From the NCBI GenBank assembly GCA_964391975.1, contig CAYMNZ010000001.1, positions 418,064 to 482,063 of the forward strand: 64,000 bases of DNA. The letters are read 5' to 3'. This DNA is from an uncultured Candidatus Saccharibacteria bacterium. Its GTDB lineage: Bacteria > Patescibacteriota > Minisyncoccia > Phycocordibacterales > Phycocordibacteraceae. The translations under genes were made by a program, and so were the position numbers. Positions 8,845 to 18,921 of this stretch are shown here, piece after piece; position 1 is the first letter of the stretch; each line of letters starts with the position of its first letter. The notes beneath the pieces are model-generated. The model saw only the letters and a program-made list of their open reading frames with translations, made no database searches and was not told where the DNA came from.

Positions 8845-9879
8845 TTACCAGTTAAGGGTTCCGCCCGTCTTGTACTCGGTCACCCGGGTCTCGAAGAAGT
8901 TCTTCTCCTTGTTGAGGTCGATGGCCTCGCTCATCCAGGTGAAGGGGTTCTCAACGTTGAACTGGGCTGGGAGACCCACGCGCTCAAGGCGGCGGTCAGC
9001 AATGTGCTCGATGTACTGCTTGAAGCCCTCGGCGTTCATACCGAAGATACCGCGCGGGAAGACTTCGGTGGCGAAGGTGTACTCCAGCACCACTGCCCTC
9101 TTCACGAGGTCGATGATGTGCGCCTGGAACTCAGGGGTCCAGAGCTCTGGCTGCTCCTCCTTAATGGAGTTAATCATGTTGATGCCGAAGTTCAGGTGCT
9201 GGGACTCGTCACGCATGATGTACTGAATCTGCTCTGCAGAACCCGTGAGCTTGTTCTGGCGCTGGAAGCCGAACATAACGGCAAAGGAAGAATAGAAGAA
9301 GATTCCTTCCATGATGAGGGAGAAGACGATGAGGTTCTCGAGGAACTTCTGGTCGTTCTCAAACGTTCCGGTCTTGAACCCGGCCTCGAAGATTCCTTCG
9401 TTCAACGCGAGCACCATGTTGTCCTTGTTGTAGATGGACTCAATCTCACGGTACATGTTGAAAATCTTTGACTGATCCATGCCGAGTGACTCCACGATGT
9501 ACTGGTATGCGTGCGTGTGAATCGCCTCTTCATACCCCTGACGAAGAAGGTACATGCGGCACTCAGGACTCGTGATGTGCTTGTAGAGGGCAAGCACAAC
9601 GTTGTTAGCTGCAATGGAGTCTGCGGTGGTGAAGAAGCCGAGCACGGTTTCAAATGCCTGACGCTCGTCAGCGGATAGCACAGTGGTGCTCCTCCACTGC
9701 TCGATGTCGCGCTGCATGGAGATTTCTGTTGGAAGCCAGTGGTTAGCGTTACCGGCAAGGTACGCCTCCCACGCAAAGGTGTGGCGCATTGGGTAGAGCT
9801 GCATCACGTCCGCATCCTTACCGTTGATGATACGGCGGGCGTTAATGTCGACAGTGGAAGCTCCTTTTTGTATTGGCAT
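8845..9879 (-). CDS. nrdB: Ribonucleotide reductase class I beta (R2) subunit
   Basis: Ferritin-like di-iron motifs (EAIHTHAYQYIVESL, ...MRDESQHL...) and the R2 size of 344 aa. Confidence 0.9.
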   Translation of the reverse strand: MPIQKGASTVDINARRIINGKDADVMQLYPMRHTFAWEAYLAGNANHWLPTEISMQRDIEQWRSTTVLSADERQAFETVLGFFTTADSIAANNVVLALYKHITSPECRMYLLRQGYEEAIHTHAYQYIVESLGMDQSKIFNMYREIESIYNKDNMVLALNEGIFEAGFKTGTFENDQKFLENLIVFSLIMEGIFFYSSFAVMFGFQRQNKLTGSAEQIQYIMRDESQHLNFGINMINSIKEEQPELWTPEFQAHIIDLVKRAVVLEYTFATEVFPRGIFGMNAEGFKQYIEHIADRRLERVGLPAQFNVENPFTWMSEAIDLNKEKNFFETRVTEYKTGGTLNW

Positions 9880-9998
9880 ACGATTGTGGGTTTATGTGTA
9901 ATTCGAGATCGTAAATCTCAGAAGGTCATGCCATTGTCCCCTTTTGGGGGGTTCGGGGCAAGTGTATAACCGGGTCCGTGAAGGAGCTGGAAAAGAGC

Positions 9999-10880
9999 TT
10001 AGCTACGAGCCCCGATTTTGAGCTGGTCGGTGAGGAGCGCTACTCCCACCATTAGCGGAACGAGCGCGGAAAGCTGCCAAATAGTCGGGGTCTGAGCAAG
10101 GAGAACCCAAGCCGCAATAAGTGTTACCACTACTGCCCCACTCTCAAGAGAGAGCGCTTTAGTGACCGATATCCTTTTTATAGCCTCAAGAAAGAAGAGT
10201 TTAGAGAGTCCGAGTAAGAGGAGGCCGTTTACAAGGAGGAACGGAAGAGAGTCCTGAATCTGCGACCATGTCGCATGAGCACCTGTAAAGAACGCAAGCA
10301 AGAAAACGAATGGCACCGAGACAATGCTGCGCAGGCACATGACCGTCTCGCTTGATGCGAGTTGCACGGCCTTCTGGGAATAGTAGTTTCCGAACGGGGC
10401 AACGCATATCGCAAGCACGCACAGAAGGTCGCCGAGGTTCGGCGTCGATGCGTTCGGACCAAGAACGAGACCTGCACCAATTACCATGCAGATGGCACCG
10501 AGGATATGGGCGAATGGAATCTTTTCCTTACGAAATACATTGAAGTAAAGAAAAGAAGTAAACACCGTGAGCAGCATGATAAGTGCAGCATTCCCCGCTG
10601 TCGTAAAACGTAGAGCAGTGAAATAAAAGGAATAGAGGAGGATGCCGATGAAAAATGTAGCAAGTAACGTGTAGCGCAGGACGAGCGGTTTCTTCAGTTC
10701 ATGCCATTTCTTTCGTACGGTCACGAAAACCCCAAAGAAGAGTGCGGCGAACAAGGTGCTCCACCCAAGCGAAACAAGAGCAGGAATACTTGTATACGAA
10801 AGAACAGTGATAACTGGAAACAACCCCCACAAAAGAGTTTCTGCCAGACTATAGAGTTCTCCTTTCCGCTGCTCAGTCAT
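9999..10880 (-). CDS. DMT (EamA-like) superfamily transporter
   Basis: About 10 TM helices and a duplicated EamA-like topology. Confidence 0.65.
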   Translation of the reverse strand: MTEQRKGELYSLAETLLWGLFPVITVLSYTSIPALVSLGWSTLFAALFFGVFVTVRKKWHELKKPLVLRYTLLATFFIGILLYSFYFTALRFTTAGNAALIMLLTVFTSFLYFNVFRKEKIPFAHILGAICMVIGAGLVLGPNASTPNLGDLLCVLAICVAPFGNYYSQKAVQLASSETVMCLRSIVSVPFVFLLAFFTGAHATWSQIQDSLPFLLVNGLLLLGLSKLFFLEAIKRISVTKALSLESGAVVVTLIAAWVLLAQTPTIWQLSALVPLMVGVALLTDQLKIGARS

Positions 10881-11679
10881 GAATCGGGAACGGCGCGTCC
10901 GGTCCTTCGGTCAGTTCACGGAACACGAGCGGATTTGCTGCTATAAAGTCAGTCTTCCGGTAATCATAGCTACGCTTACCCAGGTTGGCGACGATACCTC
11001 CCGCCTCGGACACAAGGAGAGACCCTGGAGCAAAATCCCAGTCCCGACCATGCGGCTCGAAGTGCACACGCCCCTCAAGCCTGCCTGAGGCAATCTGCGT
11101 GAACTCGTAGCCGGCCGAGAGGGTCTTAAACAGGAACGATCGGTCACGGAGCTTCAGGAACCGCTCGAGGTTCTCCGGCTTATCAATATGGGTCTCCCAA
11201 CCCAGATAGCTGTTAGCAATGGGGCGCTCACTCACCCGTATAGGCTCTCCGTTCCTAAAAGCCCCCTCCCCTTTCTTGGCACTGTAGAGGTGGTCATTCA
11301 CAAAGTCATAGATGAACGAGAGCGTCACCTGTTGCTCTTCAATGAGCGCGAGCATCACGGTACAAAACGGCATACCGCGAATGAAGTGCCCGGTGCCATC
11401 AATTGGGTCACAGAGCCAGAAGCGCTCCTGGTCGCGCGAGCCTCCGCGCTCCTCCCCTGCAAAACCAATGGACGCATCAAGCTTCGCAAGCCCACTTGCC
11501 AGATACTCTTCGGTTTCCGTATCAAGACGCGTGACCATATCAATGGCGCCTCCGCCTTTGTCGACAGTCTCTCCTGCGTTCCCGTAGTACGGAAGAAGCT
11601 GTGCGCGAGTGGAGCGCACGAGGTCTGCTGCAGAAGAGGCGAGATTCATAGAGTGATTATACCCGCCTTCGGAATTCAT
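10873..11679 (-). CDS. Inositol monophosphatase family protein (SuhB/CysQ-like)
   Basis: WLCDPIDGT motif and IMPase-fold metal-binding residues. Confidence 0.8.
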   Translation of the reverse strand: MNSEGGYNHSMNLASSAADLVRSTRAQLLPYYGNAGETVDKGGGAIDMVTRLDTETEEYLASGLAKLDASIGFAGEERGGSRDQERFWLCDPIDGTGHFIRGMPFCTVMLALIEEQQVTLSFIYDFVNDHLYSAKKGEGAFRNGEPIRVSERPIANSYLGWETHIDKPENLERFLKLRDRSFLFKTLSAGYEFTQIASGRLEGRVHFEPHGRDWDFAPGSLLVSEAGGIVANLGKRSYDYRKTDFIAANPLVFRELTEGPDAPFPIHD

Positions 11680-12181
11680 CCACTGTCATGAGTGTCTTCA
11701 TATCCTTCATGCGGTCTACAAACGTAACACCATTCAAGTGATCAATTTCGTGCTGGAAGATTGCCGCCCATAGACCAGTAGCTGCGGCAGTTACCTTCTC
11801 CCCACACTCATCGTAGTAGGTAACAGCAATCGTCTTTGCGCGCGGCACCTTGCCACGTATGCCTTCGCAGGAAAGACATCCTTCCCAACTCGGGGCGGTT
11901 TCCTTTGAGCGATACGTAATGCGCGGGTTCACCGCAACAACCACATCGGAGCGCTTGAGGTTTGGGCGAGTCTTGGTTGGCCTGGTTTCCATCACCGCCA
12001 GTTGAATGCCCTTCCCTATCTGAGGAGCAGCGAGTCCGACTCCCTCGACTTTGCGCATCGTGTAGACCATCTGCTGCACGAGCCTCTGGAACGAGACGGT
12101 ACCAATCGTCTTCAATGCTACCTTCTTCGCTTTCTTGCGGAGAATAGGATTACCGAACTCGGTCCGTCGCAATACCTTCAT
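11657..12181 (-). CDS. def: Peptide deformylase
   Basis: GVGLAAPQIG, EGCLS and QHEIDHLNG motifs. Confidence 0.9.
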   Translation of the reverse strand: MKVLRRTEFGNPILRKKAKKVALKTIGTVSFQRLVQQMVYTMRKVEGVGLAAPQIGKGIQLAVMETRPTKTRPNLKRSDVVVAVNPRITYRSKETAPSWEGCLSCEGIRGKVPRAKTIAVTYYDECGEKVTAAATGLWAAIFQHEIDHLNGVTFVDRMKDMKTLMTVDEFRRRV

Positions 12182-12207
12182 AGATAGGGATAGTATACTT
12201 CCTCCAC

Positions 12208-12804
12208 ATGGAACTGACGGTAGAAGTCAAAAACATCTTGGCCATTGTCTCGACCGTAGTCGGTCTCGTCTCCTTTGCCCCCTATCTCTGGCAGATTCTA
12301 AAGCGGGAGACAGAACCCCACGCCTACACCTGGCTCATTTGGACTATTACCCAGTGCATCGTTGCGGCAGGTATCTGGTTTGGTGGTGGTGGCATCCTTG
12401 CCTTTGCGATGGCGCTCTACGCGCTCTGCGCCCTTACGGTATTCATTCTCTCCTTTTGGTACGGCACGAAGAACATTACGCGCGGGGACGGCATACTCCT
12501 CCTCGTAGCAATTGCTGCCATCTTTGTATGGCAAGGACTCGATAACCCTGCGCTCGCTGTCATAATCGCCACCGCTATCGACCTCATCGGGTACGCGCCA
12601 ACATTCAGGAAATCCTTCACCGAGCCCTGGACTGAGAATATTCTCGCTTGGATTGGCTACACCCTATCGCCCTACATTGCCCTCTTTTCGTTACTTGAAT
12701 TCAACGTCATGACAGGAAGTTACGCCGTCGCAACTGCAGTGATGAACACAGCGCTGGTGGTATTCCTTCTGGTACGACGTCAAAAGATTCCGAAGCCGGA
12801 ATAG
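12208..12804 (+). CDS. Polytopic membrane protein, possibly a PQ-loop-like 2x3-TM repeat
   Basis: Six predicted TM helices with an internal repeat; APYLWQ loop and a second AP loop. Family assignment is tentative. Confidence 0.45.
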   Translation: MELTVEVKNILAIVSTVVGLVSFAPYLWQILKRETEPHAYTWLIWTITQCIVAAGIWFGGGGILAFAMALYALCALTVFILSFWYGTKNITRGDGILLLVAIAAIFVWQGLDNPALAVIIATAIDLIGYAPTFRKSFTEPWTENILAWIGYTLSPYIALFSLLEFNVMTGSYAVATAVMNTALVVFLLVRRQKIPKPE

Positions 12805-13665
12805 CTATTTCCTTCGTGCAAGGTATTGAATGAAGAGACTCTTCTCTTTCTGTTCTTCAGCGAAGTCGTGATAGACGTGTTCTACCTCAAAGTCCTCGGA
12901 GAGAATATCGAGCATGTCCTTCTGGTAGATAGGATAAAGGTCGAGCTTTGACCATACCTTCGTCTCCTTGTCGTAATAGTGATTCACCACCACCGTCTCA
13001 CTGATATAGGCCGGGAACACGAGTACCTTCTCCTGGAAGCCGTGATAGTAGACCGTGTGGTCGAAGGTGAAGTTTTTGAATATCTCCTCCTTGGGAAGGT
13101 TCATGAGCGAGCGGATGTAGTCGTAGTTGCGTGAATCAAGGAACAGGTAACCTCCCTTCTCTATCATGCTCGCGAACTTATTCACGACGCTCTGCTGCGC
13201 CTTCTTAGTGTAGTCACGGGTTCCACCTCCGATATAGGTCAAAGAATTGCCAGTGAGGAAGCCGAAATCAAACTGGTGTGTGTAAGGCGGCGTGGCGCGC
13301 GGAAGGTCGAGCCAGTTTGCCTTATGAATCGGAATATTGAGACCCTCGCTCTTAAAATGTTCGGCGGCTAACCTAATAAACGTATCGTCCACTTCATTTG
13401 CCTCTGCAGTATCAAATGGATGGTTTTCGTTCTTCAGTCCCTTCACGATACCGGCAAGTTCAACACCACTGCCGACGCCTAGGTCGATAATGTTGCGAAG
13501 TCCACGCTCTTTGATGAGGTCGGTAAAGAACTTAATCTCCGATGCCTTCGTTCCACCCTTGAACTTAGGATAGATGCCGGATTCCCAGTCGACGAGTTTA
13601 TAGTCTCCGAATTCTTCAATCGGGTTACTAATGTACGGAAGCGTATTTACAAAAGAGTTCTCCAT
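12805..13665 (-). CDS. Class I SAM-dependent methyltransferase
   Basis: Motif I IIDLGVGSGVELAGIV; GC is somewhat lower than the flanks. Confidence 0.6.
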   Translation of the reverse strand: MENSFVNTLPYISNPIEEFGDYKLVDWESGIYPKFKGGTKASEIKFFTDLIKERGLRNIIDLGVGSGVELAGIVKGLKNENHPFDTAEANEVDDTFIRLAAEHFKSEGLNIPIHKANWLDLPRATPPYTHQFDFGFLTGNSLTYIGGGTRDYTKKAQQSVVNKFASMIEKGGYLFLDSRNYDYIRSLMNLPKEEIFKNFTFDHTVYYHGFQEKVLVFPAYISETVVVNHYYDKETKVWSKLDLYPIYQKDMLDILSEDFEVEHVYHDFAEEQKEKSLFIQYLARRK

Positions 13666-13668
13666 ATG

Positions 13669-14214
13669 TTACGAGCGTGGCTGCGCAAGTCCTTCAATCA
13701 CCTGTGCGTTCGACAAGGAGATGAGGAAAGAGCCCGGTACTGCGAGCTTTGACTTGCGTATACCGCTACCAATAATCACATACTCTGATGCGACAACTGC
13801 CGCGTCGACATATATCGGCCAATCTACCGGAAGCCCGATGGGAGTGATGGCACCGTACTCCATGCCGGTCTTTGAGACCGCATCCTCCATTGAGGCGAAG
13901 GAAATTTTGTTCACATCGAGTAGTTTCTTCACGGTCTTATTCACATCAGCGCGAGTTGTCGCAAGAATCATGCAAGCGGCGTACTTCTTGTCCTCTCCGC
14001 GCCTACCTTCGACGATAACGCAGTTGGCCGCTGTCTCCGGTCCGGTGCCATACCGTTCGCAAAATGCTGCCGTGTCTGAGACCGTCGGGTCTATCTCCGT
14101 AACACCAACCACTTGCGTGCCTGACAACGCAGCTAGAGCGGTTGCGACTGGAGGGGCGACCAAATCAGTTCCCTCTATCCTCTCGAACTCAAGTGAGCCA
14201 AGTTTCGTAACCAT
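13669..14214 (-). CDS. YbaK/ProX-type aminoacyl-tRNA deacylase domain protein
   Basis: GAITPIG and the overall YbaK/EbsC-like pattern (AACMIL...). Confidence 0.6.
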   Translation of the reverse strand: MVTKLGSLEFERIEGTDLVAPPVATALAALSGTQVVGVTEIDPTVSDTAAFCERYGTGPETAANCVIVEGRRGEDKKYAACMILATTRADVNKTVKKLLDVNKISFASMEDAVSKTGMEYGAITPIGLPVDWPIYVDAAVVASEYVIIGSGIRKSKLAVPGSFLISLSNAQVIEGLAQPRS

Positions 14215-14231
14215 AATTCAGTAGTGTACAA

Positions 14232-14258
14232 GAAAAAGGCCCCTTTCGGGGCCTTTCC
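14232..14258 (-). terminator. Rho-independent terminator after nrdA (GGCCCC-TTTC-GGGGCC with a U-run on the minus strand)
   Basis: GC hairpin flanked by A5 on plus, which is T5 on minus, 3' of the nrdA stop at 14260. Confidence 0.8.
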
Positions 14259-14259
14259 T

Positions 14260-17106
14260 CTAACTCTCGCAACTCTCACAGATTCCCGCTTCCTCTCCTG
14301 CTGCCACTCGAGCGAGCTTGGCTGCCATCGCGGAGGCAGTGAGCGGCTCAGGGGTGCCAGAAGGCGTTATAACCTCGTCTACGGTGGCTACGGCTGCTGC
14401 CATAGCTGCTCCGGTCTTCCTGGTGTGGGTAGAACCGAAGGCTGCGGTCGAAACAGTGGCCTTCTCCACCTGGGAAGCTCCGAGAGTACGTAGGTAGTAG
14501 GTGGTCTTAAGGCCGCGCTCCCATGCGTAGAAGTAAATGTCTGAGAGCTCCTTGCCTGAGGTGCCGGCAAAGAAGATATTGAGCGACTGGGACTGGTCCA
14601 TCCACTTTCCGCGCTCTGCAGCGGCATCAATGAGCCAGCGAGCATCAATCTCGAAGACCTCCTTGTACTTTGCCTTGAGGTCAGCAGGAATCTCAGGAAT
14701 AGACTGCACGGAGCCGTCAGCGTACTTAATCTTGTTCAACATGTCGTCAGTCCAGAGGTTCAACTTCTTGAGGTCCTCAATAAGGTACTTGTTCACGACG
14801 ATGAACTCCCCTTCCTTGTTGCTCTTCACGTAGATGTTCTTGTAGATAGGCTCCACACACGGGACACAGCCCACGAGGTTCGCGGTAGAAGCGGTCGGTG
14901 CAATCGCCATCGTGTTGGAGTTACGCATACCGTGCTCCTTTACGTGTGCGCGTACCGGTGCCCAATCAAGCTTGCCGCCGAGGTTCACACCGATGGATTC
15001 ACTGCGCTCCTTTGCAAGAAGCTCAATGGTGTCCTGCGGGAAGATGTCGCGGTCCCACTTAGAACCCTTGAAGGTCTCGTACGCACCGCGCTCCTTCGCG
15101 AGTTCAGAGGAGCCGAGAATCGCGTAGTAGGAAACAATTTCCATACTCTCGTTAGCAAACGCAACCGCCTCTGGTGTATCGAAGTTGATGCCGAGCATAT
15201 AGAGCGCGTCGTGGTAGCCACGAATACCAAGACCGACTGGACGATGGCGCATGTTGCTGCGGCGTGCGTCCTCTGTTGGGTAGTAGTTGAGGTCAATCAC
15301 GTTGTCGAGCATGCGCATTGCAGAGCGCACCACGCGCCCAACGAGTTCTTGGTCGAACTTACCGTTCACGACGAACTTCGCGAAGTTAATCGAGCCCAAG
15401 TTACAGACTGCCGTCTCGTCGTACGACGTGTTGAGTGTAATCTCGGTGCAAAGATTTGAGTTGTGCACGACACCAACGTGGTCCTGCGGAGAACGAATGT
15501 TTGAAGGATCCTTCCACGTAATCCATGGGTGTCCGGTCTCAAAGAGCATTGCGAGCATCTTCTTCCAAAGATCAGACGCTGGCATCTTCTTGAAGAGCTT
15601 GATTTTCCCTTCTGCTGCCATCTTCTCGTACTCCTCGTACTTCTTTTCAAATGCTGCACCATAAATCTCATGGAGCTCAGGCACTTCTTCAGGGCTGAAG
15701 AGCGTCCACTCTCCCCCATCACGCACTCGCTTCATGAAGAGGTCTGGAATCCAGTTAGCGGTGTTGATGTCGTGTGTGCGACGGCGCTCGTCTCCGGTGT
15801 TCTTACGCAGTTCAAGGAAGTCCTCTACGTCGAGGTGCCAGGACTCAAGGTACACACAGCCGGCTCCACGGCGCTTACCAGAGCGGTTGATGGCGACGTT
15901 GACGTCGTTGGCAATCTTAAGGAACGGCACGATGCCCTGAGAGCCCACTCCCGTTCCCTTGATGAAGGCGCCGGTAGCGCGAAGGCTGGTCCAGTCAGTT
16001 CCGGTGCCTCCTGACCACTTAAGGTACTGAGCGTTGTCTGAGAAAGTCTTGAAGATACCGTCGAGCGAGTCTGGAACGGTGTTAAGGAAGCAGTTAGAGA
16101 GCTGCGCCTTCTTAGCACCAGCCTGGAAGCAGGTGCGGCCTCCTGGGGTGTAGTAGAAGTTGGAGAGAATGTCGTAGAAATCGAGTGCGACACGCTCGCG
16201 GTCCTCCGCCTTCTCGTTAAGCGAGGTACCCATAGCAACGCGCATCCAGAACATCTGCGGCGTCTCCATCTGAGCCTTCGTCTCAGGGTCTTCCATGCAG
16301 TAGCGCGTGGTCATAATCTCAAGACCCATGTACTCGAAGAGCTTGTCGTTCTCAATCTTGAGCTTATTGCCCAAAGATTCTAGATCGAACTCAAGCATGC
16401 GCTCATCAAGGAGTTCACGCTCCACCATGTTCTTGATGTTGCGCACAAATATCTCCGTGTGCTTGCCGGCGAGGTTGTCGCTCTCGTAGTCACCGAACAC
16501 ATCGTGATACATCTTGTCCAAAAGCAGGAACGATGCGAGACGTGAGTACGCAGGGTCGCGTTCAATCATCGAACGCACCACGGCAATCACCGCGCGCTGG
16601 ATTTCTTTGGTTGAAATATTTTCGTAGAGCTCGTACTTGAGTTGCGAAATGATTTTCTCTTGGTCAACAACACCATCGATACCTTCCGTACCTTTGATGT
16701 GTGCCGCGAGTGTCTTTCGAATCTCTTCTTCGCTAAACGGAACGATGTTTCCGGTGCGCGTCGTGACATTGAGTTCCTTGTCAGCAATCTTTTCGAGTAC
16801 TTCCTGCTTCTTCTCATCGCGCTTCTTGGAGTGTTCGTAGCGGTAGACGATGTAGTGCTTAGCCACCGTGTGGTAGCCCTCGTTCATGATCGTCATCTCC
16901 ACAATGTCCTGTATTTGCTCAACGGATGGGATTTGCTCCTCGAAGCGCGTCTCCATCTCTGCAAGTATGGAACGGGTCATGTCGGAGAGTTTGTCCTCTC
17001 CAATTGCTACTTCCATAGCGGCGAATGCCTTGCGCATCGCGTCCGTTATTTTCTCTGCATGAAAATCTGCAATCTGTCCGTTCCTCTTTTTTACTTGCTT
17101 CGTCAT
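14260..17106 (-). CDS. nrdA: Ribonucleotide reductase class I alpha subunit with N-terminal ATP-cone
   Basis: ATP-cone (KRNGQIADFHAEKITDAMRKAF), active-site NLCTEI, and a C-terminal redox tail ending ...EEAGICESCES. Confidence 0.92.
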   Translation of the reverse strand: MTKQVKKRNGQIADFHAEKITDAMRKAFAAMEVAIGEDKLSDMTRSILAEMETRFEEQIPSVEQIQDIVEMTIMNEGYHTVAKHYIVYRYEHSKKRDEKKQEVLEKIADKELNVTTRTGNIVPFSEEEIRKTLAAHIKGTEGIDGVVDQEKIISQLKYELYENISTKEIQRAVIAVVRSMIERDPAYSRLASFLLLDKMYHDVFGDYESDNLAGKHTEIFVRNIKNMVERELLDERMLEFDLESLGNKLKIENDKLFEYMGLEIMTTRYCMEDPETKAQMETPQMFWMRVAMGTSLNEKAEDRERVALDFYDILSNFYYTPGGRTCFQAGAKKAQLSNCFLNTVPDSLDGIFKTFSDNAQYLKWSGGTGTDWTSLRATGAFIKGTGVGSQGIVPFLKIANDVNVAINRSGKRRGAGCVYLESWHLDVEDFLELRKNTGDERRRTHDINTANWIPDLFMKRVRDGGEWTLFSPEEVPELHEIYGAAFEKKYEEYEKMAAEGKIKLFKKMPASDLWKKMLAMLFETGHPWITWKDPSNIRSPQDHVGVVHNSNLCTEITLNTSYDETAVCNLGSINFAKFVVNGKFDQELVGRVVRSAMRMLDNVIDLNYYPTEDARRSNMRHRPVGLGIRGYHDALYMLGINFDTPEAVAFANESMEIVSYYAILGSSELAKERGAYETFKGSKWDRDIFPQDTIELLAKERSESIGVNLGGKLDWAPVRAHVKEHGMRNSNTMAIAPTASTANLVGCVPCVEPIYKNIYVKSNKEGEFIVVNKYLIEDLKKLNLWTDDMLNKIKYADGSVQSIPEIPADLKAKYKEVFEIDARWLIDAAAERGKWMDQSQSLNIFFAGTSGKELSDIYFYAWERGLKTTYYLRTLGASQVEKATVSTAAFGSTHTRKTGAAMAAAVATVDEVITPSGTPEPLTASAMAAKLARVAAGEEAGICESCES

Positions 17107-17384
17107 ACGCGCTAAAAGTTACTTTTGATAATTCAGTCCGAGAAATTACGTCTGCACAAAGGGCGAATTTAGGGGACTAGTCGAGCGGATGTACATCCTA
17201 TCACGCGAGGCATGAGTCGCGCGCCATGTGGATAGTGTCTTAGGACATACTTTCCCGCTCATGTCTCCCCTTGTCCGGGAGGCCAGGAATTACACCCTCT
17301 CACGACTGCTTTTTTGACCCCTTCATCTGGCCTTTACGATTTCTTCTTCAATTCTTCACCGGTTGGTCGGTATCATGTCGCCTC

Positions 17385-18068
17385 ATGCCCACCCTGCCCC
17401 GAGTGATGATTCTTGAGGACGAGCCGAAGATCGGCCAAGGTGTAAAAAAGGGCCTAGAGAAAAGTGGGTTCGTCGCTGATTGGTACGGTGATTCGAAAGA
17501 AGGACTTGCACAACTACTTTCTCCTGGGCGCGCAGGGCGTGCACCCTATGATTTGGTCGTTCTTGATTTAATGATGCCAGACGTGGACGGATGGACCGTC
17601 ACCCGCACCGCGCGCAGTGCAGGACTTACGATACCAATCATCGTTGTGACCGCCCGTGGAGAGATTGAGTTCAAGACGCAGCTCCTCTCAGCAGGGGCCG
17701 ACGACTACATGGTGAAGCCTTTCTCGTTCGTAGAGCTCGTTGCACGAGCGAAGGCAGTGCTGCGCCGTCCGGTTGAGACATTTCTATTAAAACTCTCAGT
17801 GCAGGATATTGAACTTGATTCTGCAGAACACACGGTCACTGTTGCCGGAGAACCTGTGTCGCTCACCCCACGCGAGTTCGCATTGCTCGAGTACTTGATG
17901 CGACACACGGACAAGACTGTTTCCCGCGCTACGCTCCTCGAACATGCATTCCCACGTAACTCAGGCAACGACAATGTACTCGATGTACATATGAAGAACC
18001 TTCGTAAGAAAGTTGGAGAGGACGCGTTCGTAACTGTGCGAGGTGTGGGGTATCGGATGAACTCCTGA
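17385..18068 (+). CDS. OmpR-family response regulator, an orphan paralog of the RR at 2..544
   Basis: The receiver (VMILEDEPKI...DLVVLDLMMPDVDGW...ADDYMVKPF) and winged helix (LTPREFALLEYLMRH...VHMKNLRKKV...TVRGVGYRM) are near-identical in pattern to the first RR. Start is likely ATG 17385 (or 17406) rather than the upstream ATG 17271. The 17271..17384 extension is hydrophobic and non-receiver-like. Confidence 0.85.
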   Translation: MPTLPRVMILEDEPKIGQGVKKGLEKSGFVADWYGDSKEGLAQLLSPGRAGRAPYDLVVLDLMMPDVDGWTVTRTARSAGLTIPIIVVTARGEIEFKTQLLSAGADDYMVKPFSFVELVARAKAVLRRPVETFLLKLSVQDIELDSAEHTVTVAGEPVSLTPREFALLEYLMRHTDKTVSRATLLEHAFPRNSGNDNVLDVHMKNLRKKVGEDAFVTVRGVGYRMNS

Positions 18069-18069
18069 G

Positions 18070-18921
18070 TTACATCAAGAGAAGACCCAGGAGGGCGACG
18101 ACGCTACCCGCTAGCTTGCGTTTGAAGTCTTCGCGCTCACCAAGGAACAGTGCACCCGCGAGGAAAATAATCACCACCTTAAAGGTAGTGACGGCAGAGA
18201 CGACGCTCAAGTTCGCTACTACGAAGAGCAGTATCACCCACGAGAATGCTTGAAGTGCACGGAGTATCCCCGTCACGCCGATGTCGATAGGAGTGTATTC
18301 GTTCTTCGTTTTCGTGAAGAGAACAAGAATGCCAAGGAAGATGGTCTGAGACCACCAACTAATAAGGGTGCCTAAGGTAAAGCCTGCCTCAAGCTGAAGC
18401 GCCCGTTCCGCAGCGATGCAGACACCAAGCATGGTCCCGCTCGCGAGCATCATAAGGAAGTACTTGTCGAACTTGAACCGGCCCACCCGGTGCTTCCTCG
18501 AGACGACGAGCATTCCCACAAGCAGCAGGGCCGTCCCCCCGATTTGCACCAGCGTTAGACTTTCATGGAGGAAAAGCGAGGCTAACACTATAGCCACCGG
18601 CGTATAGATGTTCATCACGATATTCGTGACGCCCGCCTCTACGTGCTTCTGAGCTATATAATTGGGTATATACAGCCCTCCACCGATGACCGCCGTAACC
18701 AAGCCTAGGAGAACGATGGTAAGTAGGTCGCCCTGGAACTTGATTGGCTCAATAAAGAGCAAGAACACGCCCGAGAGCGCGACGGTGAGCATCGCATAGA
18801 ACGCAAGGCGTATCTGGCCGTCGTTACTAACCTCCTGGTGCCGCTTCGCAAGCCACCTGCGCTGGAGTGGAGAAACGCTCGCAGCAACGAAGTAGAAGAG
18901 GTAGGCGAGAAGCTGAATCAT
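18070..18921 (-). CDS. DMT (EamA-like) superfamily transporter
   Basis: About 10 TM helices with two EamA-like halves. Confidence 0.65.
   Translation of the reverse strand: MIQLLAYLFYFVAASVSPLQRRWLAKRHQEVSNDGQIRLAFYAMLTVALSGVFLLFIEPIKFQGDLLTIVLLGLVTAVIGGGLYIPNYIAQKHVEAGVTNIVMNIYTPVAIVLASLFLHESLTLVQIGGTALLLVGMLVVSRKHRVGRFKFDKYFLMMLASGTMLGVCIAAERALQLEAGFTLGTLISWWSQTIFLGILVLFTKTKNEYTPIDIGVTGILRALQAFSWVILLFVVANLSVVSAVTTFKVVIIFLAGALFLGEREDFKRKLAGSVVALLGLLLM

Noticed and set aside
17271-17384. Upstream ATG extending the second response regulator by 38 codons
   Set aside because: The extension is hydrophobic and non-receiver-like and lacks conservation with the paralog. The receiver begins at VMILEDE, so the internal ATG at 17385 was preferred.
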